NCBI GenBank assembly: GCA_963726265.1
Contig: CAVSBQ010000002.1
Coordinates: 896,001 to 960,000, forward strand
Direction: 5' to 3'
Length of the DNA stretch: 64,000 nucleotides
From: Candidatus Aenigmatarchaeota archaeon
GTDB lineage: Archaea; Aenigmatarchaeota; Aenigmatarchaeia; QMZP01; QMZT01
This document shows positions 1 through 10,604 of this stretch, piece after piece. Numbering within the stretch: position 1 is the stretch's first letter; every line of letters starts with the position of its first letter. A program made the position numbers and the translations under genes. Under the pieces are notes generated by a model. It did no database searches. It had not been told where the DNA came from and saw only the letters and a list, made by a program, of their open reading frames with translations.

Positions 1-248
1 TCGCTTAAAGTTTCTACAGCCTGCAAAGCTGTCAAATATCGGGTCTGAGAAAAGCCAGCATTGAGGACTTTTTTCAATTTTACCCTTTCTGCTTTAGTGA
101 AAAAAGGCAGCGCTTCTATTAGCATATTACCATGGGTCTCAATCTGGTTTGGTACACTGCCTTTTCGCAATTCTTGCAATTCAGTCAGGTAAATGCCCAA
201 AATACCATACCTGAGCTCTTTAAGTTTTTCAGGGTTGTATTTTCCCAT
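1..248 (-). CDS. hypothetical protein, partial (runs off window start)
   Basis: Manual translation: ATG at 248 gives MGKYNPEKLKELRYGILGIY..., open to position 1; not in ORF track. Confidence 0.6.
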   Translation of the reverse strand, partial: MGKYNPEKLKELRYGILGIYLTELQELRKGSVPNQIETHGNMLIEALPFFTKAERVKLKKVLNAGFSQTRYLTALQAVETLS

Positions 249-346
249 AATAGACTCTCTGGATGCTTAAATTTAAAAGGCTTCTGGATCAGCAGAATCA
301 GACTCTAAAAATAAAGATTTAAAGTATTGCCCCAATAGAAATTAAT

Positions 347-1492
347 ATGGACGAGTTTGTCGTTCTGCTGATAATCGCGGTAGTGATAATAGGCGCTTTC
401 ATGGTCATCGGTACGCCTTTAGCCAACTGGGCCGAGGGCAACTGGACCACGGGCGGCGCAACAGGGAATTACAAGTCCCTTGCCACCTTCGACTTGGGCA
501 GGGTCGGCCTGTCCGACACCGAGGTCTCGAGGACGCTTAATTTCGGCTCGTTCACCCTTGGCCAGGACCAGGAGCAGTCGCTCAAGGAGATGACCACGCT
601 CAGCGTCTCGCAAGGCTATTTCGGCAGCGATTCGAAGAAGTTCGACATCGCTATCGACGAGAACATCCTCAACAACCTCAAGGACGTTAAAATATCGTTT
701 GACATGGGAGAGACGAACCTGTACGGCAACCTCATTTTCAAGTGGAATGACAAGGTCGTTTTCGACAAGCTGGCGAACCTCAACCACTATGACATCATAA
801 TCGAGCCAGGCGACGTCGAGGCCGATAACACGCTCGTCATCGCCGCGGCGACGCCAGGCATGTATTTCTGGGCCGCAACCACATACAGCATGAAGGATTT
901 CAAGGTCGTCGCGGAATACGGGCCCGAGAAGTTCGCCTCGTTCAAGGTCTACCCGAACGAAATCGAGGGATGGAACAAGGGCGTCCTGAGCTTCCACACC
1001 AACAATGCGCAGGCTGCGCAGCTGAGCATAAAACTCAACGGCCAGCAGATATACAGCGCGACCAGCCCCGGTTCTCAGGTCACCAAGGAGTTCCAGTATT
1101 CGGAAATCGGGAACGCCATACGCATCGGCGACAACGTCATCTCGTTCAAGTCCACGGGTTCGCTGGCGCTCAGCGACGTGCAATTCGTAATCAGTCTCGC
1201 AGCCGGCTCGGCAATCAAGGAGAGAGGCTTCAACGTTTCAAGCGCCGACAAGGGCCTGCTGGCCGGGAAAGGCAAGGGCAAAATCGAGTTCACGGTCGAC
1301 AGCGTCGACCGCCAGGGCGTCCTTATCATAAAGCTCAACAGCAACCAGCTCAACATACAGTCCGTGCGTGCAGGAGTGAACACGGTTGACTTCGCATCCA
1401 GCGACGTTTTCGAGGGCGCGAACACCGTGACCTTCAGCAGCGGCACGGGCAGCTGGGACATCAACGGCGTCAAGGTGGGTATCGCATACTAG
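347..1492 (+). CDS. membrane-anchored beta-rich surface protein (hypothetical)
   Basis: 381-aa ORF with host codon usage, N-terminal TM helix and repeated beta-sandwich-like segments. Confidence 0.75.
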   Translation: MDEFVVLLIIAVVIIGAFMVIGTPLANWAEGNWTTGGATGNYKSLATFDLGRVGLSDTEVSRTLNFGSFTLGQDQEQSLKEMTTLSVSQGYFGSDSKKFDIAIDENILNNLKDVKISFDMGETNLYGNLIFKWNDKVVFDKLANLNHYDIIIEPGDVEADNTLVIAAATPGMYFWAATTYSMKDFKVVAEYGPEKFASFKVYPNEIEGWNKGVLSFHTNNAQAAQLSIKLNGQQIYSATSPGSQVTKEFQYSEIGNAIRIGDNVISFKSTGSLALSDVQFVISLAAGSAIKERGFNVSSADKGLLAGKGKGKIEFTVDSVDRQGVLIIKLNSNQLNIQSVRAGVNTVDFASSDVFEGANTVTFSSGTGSWDINGVKVGIAY

Positions 1493-1559
1493 CATAGCGT
1501 ATTAATCCAAGTGAATGCCAGCACCAAGCGAGTAAGTGAGTAAGCGAGTGCGTATTTCT

Positions 1560-1937
1560 ATGGCTGAGTGCGAGGTCTGCGGCAAGGAGTCCGCGAACAA
1601 GCGAGCCGAGATAGACGGCGTCATTCTCGAGGTCTGCGACAACTGCGTGAAGCTCGGCAAGGAAGTCGCCCCTCCAAGACCCATTTTCATCAGGCAAGCA
1701 GTCGCGAAAACTCCAAAACCAGAGTCCATCGAAAGCGAACGCGAGCTCGCAAGCGATTTCTCAACACGAATAAGAAAAGCGCGAGAGCAAAGGAATCTCA
1801 CCCAGGACGAAGCAGCGATGAAGATGGGCATCTCCCATCTTATTTACAAGCGCATCGAGGGCGGCTTCAAGCCCGACGACTCAACAGCAAAAAGGCTCGA
1901 GAGGTTTTACAGCATCGAGCTGTATGCGAAGAACTAG
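1560..1937 (+). CDS. mbf1: archaeal multiprotein bridging factor aMBF1 (Zn ribbon + HTH)
   Basis: CEVCG...VCDNC zinc ribbon, then IRKAREQRNLTQ HTH; ATG at 1560. Confidence 0.85.
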   Translation: MAECEVCGKESANKRAEIDGVILEVCDNCVKLGKEVAPPRPIFIRQAVAKTPKPESIESERELASDFSTRIRKAREQRNLTQDEAAMKMGISHLIYKRIEGGFKPDDSTAKRLERFYSIELYAKN

Positions 1938-1966
1938 TTTTTAAAATCAAATAATTTACTAATATT

Positions 1967-2590
1967 ATGAATAAAAATAAACAAATAAAAAATAAGGTTT
2001 CTGAACTACAGCGATCCGTTCATATAGTCAATGAAAAAGGCTTTTTTAAAGACCCAATCAGGGTATCAAATATTCTCACTTCCGTATTGATTATTGTTAC
2101 AATATCTTCAGTAATTGCTACTTGTGGTATCATTTCTCTAACTAGATCTCTTGAAAATACACGACAGAAAGAGCTAATTGTTTCTAAAGTGCAATTTGTC
2201 GATAAGCTCATACTTGAACTAAAGGAAAACGAGGGCAAATTGGAACACTTAAATAAAAGTCTCGATGAATTTAGGGATAATAACGCCAACCCAATCGATA
2301 CAATTTCGATTGTTATGTTAGAAAATTCGTTTGATTTTATAGATGATAAAGAATTAGTTCAAGATATATTCGCATATTTGACAGGGTTTAGGCTACTGAA
2401 AAAAGACATTGAATATCTCCCAGTCGGAGATATGATAGTTAAAAATGATACAATAACTAAAACACGAGACAACCTTAACGGCTTATTGGCTGGAGCCAAA
2501 AATTATGATGGCCACGTGATATATGGCATTTCCAAATTAATTGAAAAATTAGAAAGTTATAAATCTAAATTAGAAAATCAATCATTGTAA
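1967..2590 (+). CDS. AT-rich hypothetical protein with single TM helix
   Basis: 207-aa ORF, much more AT-rich than neighbours. Confidence 0.7.
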   Translation: MNKNKQIKNKVSELQRSVHIVNEKGFFKDPIRVSNILTSVLIIVTISSVIATCGIISLTRSLENTRQKELIVSKVQFVDKLILELKENEGKLEHLNKSLDEFRDNNANPIDTISIVMLENSFDFIDDKELVQDIFAYLTGFRLLKKDIEYLPVGDMIVKNDTITKTRDNLNGLLAGAKNYDGHVIYGISKLIEKLESYKSKLENQSL

Positions 2591-2593
2591 TTT

Positions 2594-2650
2594 TTACTCC
2601 CCAACCACCTGCACCACTATCTCCCTCTCCCTCGGTCTCGTATCGAGGTC
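2594..2650 (-). pseudogene. orphan 3'-end remnant of yjbQ
   Basis: Translates DLDTRPREREIVVQVVGE* versus functional YjbQ tail DFDTRPRNREIVVQIIGD* (3460-3516); 13/18 aa identical, same stop position. Confidence 0.85.
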
Positions 2651-2689
2651 GCGCCAATAAAACGAAATTAACTTTATAAACCACTACTA

Positions 2690-2777
2690 CCTATAAACTT
2701 ATAGGTATATAGAGATAAATGAACAGTGAAAATCCGTTCATGCTAAGTGAACATTTTGTTCATTTATGATGAACAGT
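2690..2777. promoter_or_regulatory. operator-like inverted repeats upstream of TA pair
   Basis: CCTATAA-AC-TTATAGG (2690-2705), ATGAAC-N11-GTTCAT (2719-2741), TGAACA-TTT-TGTTCA (2748-2762), plus a further ATGAACAGT half-site at 2769. Confidence 0.6.
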
Positions 2778-2795
2778 TAAAGATAGAAAAGAAAT

Positions 2796-3137
2796 ATGCA
2801 AAAGAATATGCTCGCGCATGCCCAAGCTGCGCATGGCAGGGGAAGCGAGAAGGAATGGCATATAGAATTCAGCTGCAAGGTGGCGCATTACCCGAGGCTC
2901 GACACGGTCATCATGGTAGCGGAAGCCATAAAGAAGATAGGTCCGTGCACGAAGACCGAACTTTCAAGGAAGCTGAAGAAGGAGGTAATGTGGCCTACGC
3001 TGACCGTGATACTGGATTATTTCGAGACCATGGGCTTCATCGTCAAGGACAAGGCAGGAAGGATAGTCTGGATATACAATCCCGAGATGGTCAGGAAGTA
3101 TGCGAAGAGAAAGGATCTTGAATGGAAGCCAAGATAA
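2796..3137 (+). CDS. putative winged-helix antitoxin/regulator
   Basis: wHTH-like segment (KTELSRKL...WPTLTVILDYFE..G.I); overlaps downstream RelE-like gene. Confidence 0.6.
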   Translation: MQKNMLAHAQAAHGRGSEKEWHIEFSCKVAHYPRLDTVIMVAEAIKKIGPCTKTELSRKLKKEVMWPTLTVILDYFETMGFIVKDKAGRIVWIYNPEMVRKYAKRKDLEWKPR

Positions 3138-3451
3138 TATTTGCCGACAAAAAGCTGAAAGAAGAATACGAGTCGCTTGAGCACAGCGCGGAATTCGGCT
3201 GGCTTTACAAAGCGCTTAACAGAGCGTTCGCTGACATAATGGATAAGCCTTCCATCGGCGTACCGCTCAAGAAAAACAGGATACCGAAAGACCTAGCACG
3301 CAAAAAGATAGACAACATCTGGAAATACGATTTGCCAAGCGGATGGCGACTTTTGTATTCGCTTGGCCGTGAAGGCATAACGATAATAGCGCTTGTTCTG
3401 GAGTGGTGCGACCACGACGGTTATCAGAAGAGATACAGTGGCAGGAAATAA
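3122..3451 (+). CDS. RelE/ParE-superfamily toxin
   Basis: 109 aa, NIWKYDLPSGWRLLYS and terminal DH..Y pattern typical of archaeal RelE-like proteins. Confidence 0.7.
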   Translation: MEAKIIFADKKLKEEYESLEHSAEFGWLYKALNRAFADIMDKPSIGVPLKKNRIPKDLARKKIDNIWKYDLPSGWRLLYSLGREGITIIALVLEWCDHDGYQKRYSGRK

Positions 3452-3459
3452 GATGCTTT

Positions 3460-3876
3460 TCAGTCTCCGATTATTTGCACTACTATTTCCCTATTACGCG
3501 GCCTCGTATCGAAGTCCAAAAGAGCGATTTGCTGCCACGTGCCTAACAGGAGCTTGCGGTTCTCAAAGGGGACTGTGATGCCCGGCTTCATGAGGCATGC
3601 GCGGACATGCGCGCTGCCGTTGTCGTCGTGCCATGTTTTGTGATGCTCGTAATCTGCGCCTTCTGGGGCGATTTTGTTTAGGGCGCGCTTGATGTCCTTG
3701 ATGAGGTTTGGTTCGTATTCTAATGTCGAGATGGAAGCGGTCGAGCCGCTGACGAAGACGCAGGCTATGCCTGACTTGATTTTGGACTTGCGAATGATGT
3801 CTGCGACTTCTGCCGTGATGTCTATGATGTCCGTCGCGCCTTTCGTGCTGACTGAGAACCTTGAAGTTTCCGCCAT
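3460..3876 (-). CDS. yjbQ: YjbQ/UPF0047 family protein
   Basis: DIIDIT, GSTAS...EYEP, DNGSAHVRA, LLLGTWQQI motifs. Confidence 0.92.
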   Translation of the reverse strand: MAETSRFSVSTKGATDIIDITAEVADIIRKSKIKSGIACVFVSGSTASISTLEYEPNLIKDIKRALNKIAPEGADYEHHKTWHDDNGSAHVRACLMKPGITVPFENRKLLLGTWQQIALLDFDTRPRNREIVVQIIGD

Positions 3877-3932
3877 GATGCCCACGTCAATTAATAGGAA
3901 GCAAGGAAATAATAAAATATGGAGCGACACGC

Positions 3933-5097
3933 ATGGATGTTGAAAAAGTTGAAAAAGCGGTGGACGCGCAGAAGGCCGGGATGATAAAGCTTCTTTCTGA
4001 CCTGCTGGCAAGGAACACGGCCAACCCGCCCGGCAACGAATTCTTCGCGGCAGAGGTCGTCAAGGAATTCTTTGAAAGGGAAAAAATAGCATACAGGATT
4101 TTCGAAAAGCAGAAGGGCCGTTCGAACATAATCGGTTATATAGGCAAAGGGAAGCCGCGCCTGATTATCGCCTGCCACATGGACACGGTCCCGGCTGGCG
4201 ACGGATGGAAATCGAATCCTTTCCGTGCGCGAGTTGAGGGCGACAGGATTTATGGACGAGGCGCGGTCGACAACAAAGGCCCGCTGGCTGGCATGCTCAT
4301 CGCAGGCAAAATCCTCAAGAGGCTCGAGCCATCGCTTCGCTGCCAGGTCATGCTCGCCTGCGTCGCTGACGAGGAGATGGGCTCGGAATTCGGGATGCGC
4401 TACCTGCTTGACAGCGGCCTCGACGCGGAATATGCGATTGTGCCGGACATAGAGCACGAGCTGAAGAAAATCGACGTCGCTGAGAAAGGGTCTGCTTGTT
4501 CCTGAAGGTCACTTCCCTTGGTCGCCAGGCGCACGGCTCGACTCCAGAAGCCGGGATAAACGCCGTCTGGAACATGCTCGAGTTCCTTGCGCTGCTCAAA
4601 CGCTACAGGATGCGTTTTAAACGGCATCGTCTGCTTTCGCCGCCCACCATAAACCTCGGGCGTGATAAAAGGCGGGGAAGCGACGAACATGGTGCCTGCC
4701 GCATGCGAGGCGAAAATCGACATACGCTACCTGCCTTCTCAGAAATCTTCAGATATCATAAATGATGTAAAGAAGATGCTCGCGGTCGAGAAGGAAAAAC
4801 AGGAAGGCGAGATTCAGGCTTGAAGTGATTGACCATCAGAAGCCCGTCGCCGTCGAAGGCGGCGCGCTGGTGAGGCTGATCAGAAAGCACGTAAAAGAGG
4901 TCACGGGAAACCATGCCGAGCTCATCGGCATCTCGGGGACGACGCTGGTCAAGCCGCTGGCCGAGAAAGGGATCGTCGCAGTGGGCTTCTCGCCCGGCAA
5001 AGGCCTTGCGCATACGGCGAACGAGTTCATCTCCATCGCCGAGCTCATGGCCTTCGCGAAGATACTGTGCCTGGTCTGCCTCGACCTTTCCGCTTAG
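3933..5097 (+). CDS. M20 family peptidase/deacylase (ArgE/DapE-like), frameshifted in sequence
   Basis: HMDTVP, GRGAVDNKG, DEE, AHGSTP, AHTANE motifs spread over several frames; indels near 4490, 4660 (GGG run) and 4797 (A run). Confidence 0.85.
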
Positions 5098-5144
5098 GCA
5101 CGATAATTTTATTGATACTTTTATTAATACGCGAGGGAAAAAAG

Positions 5145-5816
5145 ATGTCTATGAAGGCGAAGAGGACGAAGAGGCTGAAGGCCAGGCCGCATAAGGCGAG
5201 GAAGACGAAGAAAACGAAAGACGCAGCCGGGAAGATAAGGATACTCTGCGTCTCCGACTACCATCGCGACAAGGGAATGGCGGATAACGTCGAGAAACTG
5301 GCCAGGAAGGAGAAGGTAGACGTCATAGTCAATGCGGGCGACTTCCTGTCCGAGGAGTTCGCGGCGAAGACGCTTGGAGCGACGCAGTTCCGCACGTTCG
5401 TCGTGCGCGGCAACTGGGACCGCGATCTCAGCGTGTCGAACAGGAAGGTCACGGTCCTGCTCAACGAGATTGCCGAGTACAACGGTTATTTTTTCCTGGG
5501 GGTCGACTGGAACTATTACGCGCAGATACCGAAGCTAGCGAAGGGCATCGACCCGAAAAGGCTCATATTAATAACGCACGACCCGCCCTTCGACATCCTC
5601 GACATAAGCTACTTCGGCAGCAACGCCGGCATGCCGGAGCTCAGGGAAGTGGTCGAGGCGATAAAACCCGTTCTCCACGTCTTCGGCCACATACACGAGT
5701 CCGCCGGCGTGGTCAAGCACAGGGGCACGCTGTTCATCAATGCCGCCCTGCCGGAATACAGGAAAGCCGCGATAGTCGAGCTGCCCAGCCAGAAGGTTGC
5801 CGTTTTCGACGTTTAG
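5145..5816 (+). CDS. calcineurin-like metallophosphoesterase
   Basis: SDYH, GD, GNWD, HDPP, GHIHE motifs. Confidence 0.88.
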   Translation: MSMKAKRTKRLKARPHKARKTKKTKDAAGKIRILCVSDYHRDKGMADNVEKLARKEKVDVIVNAGDFLSEEFAAKTLGATQFRTFVVRGNWDRDLSVSNRKVTVLLNEIAEYNGYFFLGVDWNYYAQIPKLAKGIDPKRLILITHDPPFDILDISYFGSNAGMPELREVVEAIKPVLHVFGHIHESAGVVKHRGTLFINAALPEYRKAAIVELPSQKVAVFDV

Positions 5817-5911
5817 GACGCTTCTTCAGCTTTTTCCCGTTTTGCTTAAAAACTTAGAATCCAAGAAGACTTAAAATCAATCAAAACAAATAAAGAATAT
5901 TGCGTGATTGC

Positions 5912-7224
5912 ATGCCGGAAAAATTCGAGCTGATGAATGCGAAGGGAGCGCGGGACTTTTTGCCAGAGGAAGCCATAGCCAGGCAGGAGATAACCGGCAT
6001 GCTGAAAGCGATATTCGAGAAATACGGCTATTCGCCGCTTGAAACGCCGGCGATTGAACGGAAGGACGTGCTGTCCGCGAAATTCGCAGGCGGCGCTGAA
6101 ATAATGAAGGAGATGTTCAAGGTCGAGGACCAGGGCGGGCGTGAACTGGCGTTACGCTACGACCTGACGGTCCCGCTGGCCAAGGTCGTGGGCATGAACC
6201 CCAACCTTACGAAGCCGTTCAAACGCTATCAAATACAGCCGGTATGGCGCGATGGCCCGATAAAGCTCGGCAGATATCGAGAGTTCCTCCAGTGCGACGC
6301 GGACGTCGTCGGGACGAAGTCCATGCTCGCCGACGCCGAGATACTGGCAATCGCTTCCGAATTCTTCACGAAGCTCGGGCTGAAATTCGTGATAAGGGTG
6401 AACTCGCGCAAGCTCATGAACGGCATGCTCGATTACGCAGGCATCCATGAGAACAAGATGGATGCGATTCTCGCGATAGACAAGCTCGAGAAGTTCGGCG
6501 CAGCCGCTGTGAAGAAAGAGATGGAAGAGAAGGGCTTCGCTGCGAAAGCGGTGGAAAGCCGTGCTGAAGATGCTGGAGCTGAAAGGCGGGAACGCCGAGC
6601 TGCTCGGAAAGGCCGGGAAGCTGATCAAGAGCGAGGAAGGGAAGGAAGGCGTAAAAGAGCTGCAGGGAGCTTCTGGACTATTGCGAGGCCATGGGCGTTG
6701 AGATAAAAATCGACGTCTCGCTGGCGCGCGGGCTGGAATATTACACCGGGCCGGTTTACGAGGTTTACCTGAAGGATTCGAAGGTCACGTCGTCCGTCGC
6801 CGGCGGCGGGCGCTACGACAAGATGATAGGCATGTTCATAGGACGCGGCGAATACCCGGCGACTGGGATTTCATTCGGCATAGAGCCGCTTTTCGAGGCG
6901 CTGAATGAGCAGAAGGAAGCGAGGCCGAAGACCGTTACGCAGGCCCTTGTGATTCCCATAGGCACGCTGGACGACTCGATAAAGCTCGCGAAGAAGCTGA
7001 GGGCGCTGGGAATAAAAACGGAAATCGACCTGATGGGACGCGGCATCTCGTCGAACCTGGACTACGCGAACTCGCTGGGCATTCCTTACGTCGTGTTCCT
7101 GGGGAAGAAAGAGCTCGCGGAAAAGAAGGTCAAGCTGCGCGACATGAAATCGGGCAAGGAAAAAATGGCGACTGCCGAAGAAGCAGCTTCTGTGATAACG
7201 TCTGGGCCGTCTGGGCGCATCTAA
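5912..7224 (+). CDS. hisS: histidine--tRNA ligase (two apparent +1 homopolymer indels)
   Basis: LRYDLTVP, REFLQCDAD, RGLEYYTG, GGGRYD motifs; frame restored by removing one A near 6556 and one G near 6666. Confidence 0.93.
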
Positions 7225-7285
7225 TATTTTTAAGTCCGCTTTTATTATCTATAGTAATCAACCAAACGAAAAAGAGGATGATATC

Positions 7286-9121
7286 ATGGTGATGAAAAGC
7301 ATAAGGCACATAACCAGCTCGAATTCCAGGACGCTCGTGCCAGACACGTCCGTTCTCATAAACAGGAAGCTCTCGGAGATGATAGAAGGCGGAAAACTCG
7401 ACGGCGTGAGGATAATCATACCCAGGATAGTCGTCGACGAGCTGCAGGCGCAGGCGTCACGGGGGAAGGACGTCGGCTTCCGCGGCCTGGACGAGATAAA
7501 GAAGATTAAGGCGCTTTGCGAGAAGCACAAGATAAAGCTCACCTTCAGCGGAGAGCGGCCTTCGCAGGACGACATAAGCCTGGCGAAAAAAGGAAGGCTG
7601 GACGCGCTAATCCGCGACTTCGCGGTGAAGGAGAACGCGACCCTTCTGACCAGCGACTACGTGCAGGCGCTGGTGGGCGAGGCTGAAAATGTTTCGATTG
7701 ACTACGTCCCGTTCGACATAAGCCACAAGGCGATAAAAATCGAGGGCTTCTTCACCCCGGACACGCAGTCCGTCCATCTCAAGGTCGGAGTGAAGCCTTA
7801 CGCGAAACGGGGGAAGCCGGGCGAGGTGAAGCTCGTCCACATCAGGGACAAGCTGGTCGATGAGGACGAGCTGAAGGCGATAATCTACGAGATACTTTCG
7901 AAGGTCCACAAGGACCCGGGCTCGTTCATCGAAATCGGGAAGCAGGGCGCCAGCGCTCTGGTCGTGCAGATGGGCAAATACAGGATAGCGATAACGAGGC
8001 CGCCTTTCTCGTCCGCGACCGAAGTCACGGCAGTCAGGCCCATCGTCAAGCTCGAGCTGAAGGACTACGCCCTTCACAAGGATGTGGAGGAAATGATAGT
8101 CGGCGACACGCGCGGCGTGCTCATAGCAGGCCCGCCCGGTTCGGGGAAATCGACCTTCGCAGGCAGCGTCGCCGAGTTCCTTTCGCACATGGGCAAGGTC
8201 GTCAAGACGTTCGAGCAGCCGAGGGATCTGCAGGTCGGCCCGGAAATAACGCAGTATGCGCCGCTCGAGAACGACTGGGAGAAAACCGCTGAAATGCTTC
8301 TTCTGGTCAGGCCGGATTACACGATTTTCGACGAGGTGAGAAAGACCAAGGATTTCCGCGTCTTCGCGGACATGCGTCTCGCCGGCGTTGGAATGATAGG
8401 CGTCGTCCACGCGACTGACGTAATCTCAGCGATACAGAGGTTCATGGGACGCATCGAATTGGGCATGATTCCCCACGTCGTCGACACTGTCATCTACATA
8501 AAGAACGGCAAAATACAGAGGATTTACACGCTCAGCCTGCTGGTGAAAGTCCCGTCAGGCATGACCGAAGCTGACCTGGCGAGGCCGGTCGTCGAGGTGC
8601 GCGACTTCGAGACGAAGAAGCTCGAATACGAGATTTACACCTTCGGCGAGGAGAACGTCGTCATCCCGATAAAGGAGGCGCCCAAGCCGCTGGTGGACAT
8701 GATCACGAAGGTCATAGGCAGGGAGATAGGCCACCTCGACAAGAACCTGCAGATAGAGTTCCTGTCGGAAAACAGGATCGTTCTGCGGGTAAGGAATGAC
8801 GTCATAGCCAAGATCATAGGAAGGCAGGGCAAGAACATCGAGGACCTCGAGAGGAAGACGGGCATACGCATCTCCGTCGAGCCCAGCGAAAACACGTTAA
8901 AACAGGAAGTCGCGTTCGAGATAGGCGAGCGCGGCAAGGCCTTCGGCATCATGGTCGGCGACAGGCTAACCGGCCAGCAGATCGATTTGTATGACGGGGA
9001 AGAGTATTTGTTTTCGCCAGTGGTCGGAAGAAAAGGAGAAGTCAGGGTAAGGAAGAAATCCGACGAAGGCCGCAAGATTCTGAGGGCGGTAAGCTCGAGA
9101 ACGCTGAGAGTGCTGGCCTAG
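7286..9121 (+). CDS. PIN-domain ATPase with KH domain (PINA family)
   Basis: N-terminal PIN (VPDTS), Walker A GPPGSGKST, C-terminal KH (IIGRQGKNI). Confidence 0.9.
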   Translation: MVMKSIRHITSSNSRTLVPDTSVLINRKLSEMIEGGKLDGVRIIIPRIVVDELQAQASRGKDVGFRGLDEIKKIKALCEKHKIKLTFSGERPSQDDISLAKKGRLDALIRDFAVKENATLLTSDYVQALVGEAENVSIDYVPFDISHKAIKIEGFFTPDTQSVHLKVGVKPYAKRGKPGEVKLVHIRDKLVDEDELKAIIYEILSKVHKDPGSFIEIGKQGASALVVQMGKYRIAITRPPFSSATEVTAVRPIVKLELKDYALHKDVEEMIVGDTRGVLIAGPPGSGKSTFAGSVAEFLSHMGKVVKTFEQPRDLQVGPEITQYAPLENDWEKTAEMLLLVRPDYTIFDEVRKTKDFRVFADMRLAGVGMIGVVHATDVISAIQRFMGRIELGMIPHVVDTVIYIKNGKIQRIYTLSLLVKVPSGMTEADLARPVVEVRDFETKKLEYEIYTFGEENVVIPIKEAPKPLVDMITKVIGREIGHLDKNLQIEFLSENRIVLRVRNDVIAKIIGRQGKNIEDLERKTGIRISVEPSENTLKQEVAFEIGERGKAFGIMVGDRLTGQQIDLYDGEEYLFSPVVGRKGEVRVRKKSDEGRKILRAVSSRTLRVLA

Positions 9122-9151
9122 CTTCTTTTTGATTTTTAATAATTAGAAAAA

Positions 9152-10492
9152 TCACATGCCGCCTGTCAAGCCGAACTGCTTGGCCATCTTTGCGAACGGC
9201 CCTCGTTTGAACGCCTTGCCGCCGCCGCTCATCTTCAAAAGCTTCTTTATCTGGTTGTAGTTTTTCAGCAGGTCGCGGACGTCGGCTTGCGTCGTTCCCG
9301 ACCCTTTCGCTATTCGCTGGATGCGCGCCTGCTTTATGATGTCCGGGTCTTCGCGCTCCTGCGGAGTCATGGAGCTGATGATGTGCTTCCATTTTTTCAT
9401 CTTACCCTCCTGCACGTCCATGAAGTTCGCAGGCAGTTTCCTCGCGAGCGCGCCGCCGCTGGACATACCAGGTATCATGTCCATGACCTTCGAAAGGGAA
9501 CCCATCTTCTGCAGCGAGCCCAGCTGCTCGCAGAACTCGTTCATCGTGAAGCGGCCTTCGATGATTTTCTTCGCCGACTCTTCCGCGCCTGCGTCTTTCG
9601 CCTTCTCGAGCAGACCCTGGAGATCGCCGTAGCCTATCAGCCTCGATACGAAGCGTTGAGGATCGTACTCTTCGAAGTCGTCGATTTTCTCGCCCACGCC
9701 TATCATGCGGACGTTCGATCCGGAGACGCTCGTCGCCGCGAGCGCGCCGCCGCCTCTCGCTGTCCCGTCCATCTTGGTGATTATCACGCCGGTTATGCCC
9801 ACCAGCTTGTTGAATTCCTCGGCCTGCTTCCTCGCGGCTTGGCCTATGTCGGCCGGAACGACAAGGAAGACCTCGTCCGGTTTTATGATTTCGCCCATCT
9901 TCTTCAGCTCTCTGGCCAGCTCCCCGTCGAGCGCGTCGCGGCCCGCGGAATCGAATATGACAACGTTTTCTTTCGCTTCCTTCGCAGCGTGCTGCGCGAT
10001 GTCTTCCGGCTTCCTGCCTTCGTCGTAGACCGGGACTTCCACCTGCTTCCCTATCTGCCTCAGCTGCTCCTGCGCCGCCGCCCTGTGGGTGTCGCAGGCG
10101 ACCAAAGCGACGGAAAGGCCGCGCTTTTTGAACCAGAGCGCGAGCTTGCCGCATGTCGTGGTCTTGCCGGAGCCGAAAAGCCCGATGAGCAGGATGCGCT
10201 GGTTCTTGAGGATGAGCTTGCCCTTCTCCTTCCCGAGAAGGCCGACAATCTCGTCGTAAAGCGTCTTGATGAAGAATTCCTTGAGCGTCATGCCCTTCGG
10301 CGTCTCTTTCAGGACCTTCTCCTTTATCCTCTGCGACATATCGAAAACGAGCTTCACGTCGACGTCCGACTGGATGAGCGTGCGCTGCAAATCACGCACG
10401 ATAGCTTCGACTGCCTCTTTGTCGACCACGCCGAGTCCCATGACCCTGCGGAAGACGTCCTTTATGCCCGAGCCGAACTTGTCCAGCACCAT
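9152..10492 (-). CDS. srp54: signal recognition particle protein SRP54
   Basis: GLFGSGKTTT, DSAGR, TKMDG, M-domain SMTPQER/RIAKGSG. Confidence 0.96.
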   Translation of the reverse strand: MVLDKFGSGIKDVFRRVMGLGVVDKEAVEAIVRDLQRTLIQSDVDVKLVFDMSQRIKEKVLKETPKGMTLKEFFIKTLYDEIVGLLGKEKGKLILKNQRILLIGLFGSGKTTTCGKLALWFKKRGLSVALVACDTHRAAAQEQLRQIGKQVEVPVYDEGRKPEDIAQHAAKEAKENVVIFDSAGRDALDGELARELKKMGEIIKPDEVFLVVPADIGQAARKQAEEFNKLVGITGVIITKMDGTARGGGALAATSVSGSNVRMIGVGEKIDDFEEYDPQRFVSRLIGYGDLQGLLEKAKDAGAEESAKKIIEGRFTMNEFCEQLGSLQKMGSLSKVMDMIPGMSSGGALARKLPANFMDVQEGKMKKWKHIISSMTPQEREDPDIIKQARIQRIAKGSGTTQADVRDLLKNYNQIKKLLKMSGGGKAFKRGPFAKMAKQFGLTGGM

Positions 10493-10604
10493 GGTTCACC
10501 TTGCTGTCAGACGCATTAACCGATAGATATAGAATTGGCCGGTATATATAAATATTATAAAAAGCGAAAGAAGAAAGAAAAATAAAAAAGAGAGCAAGCC
10601 CGTT

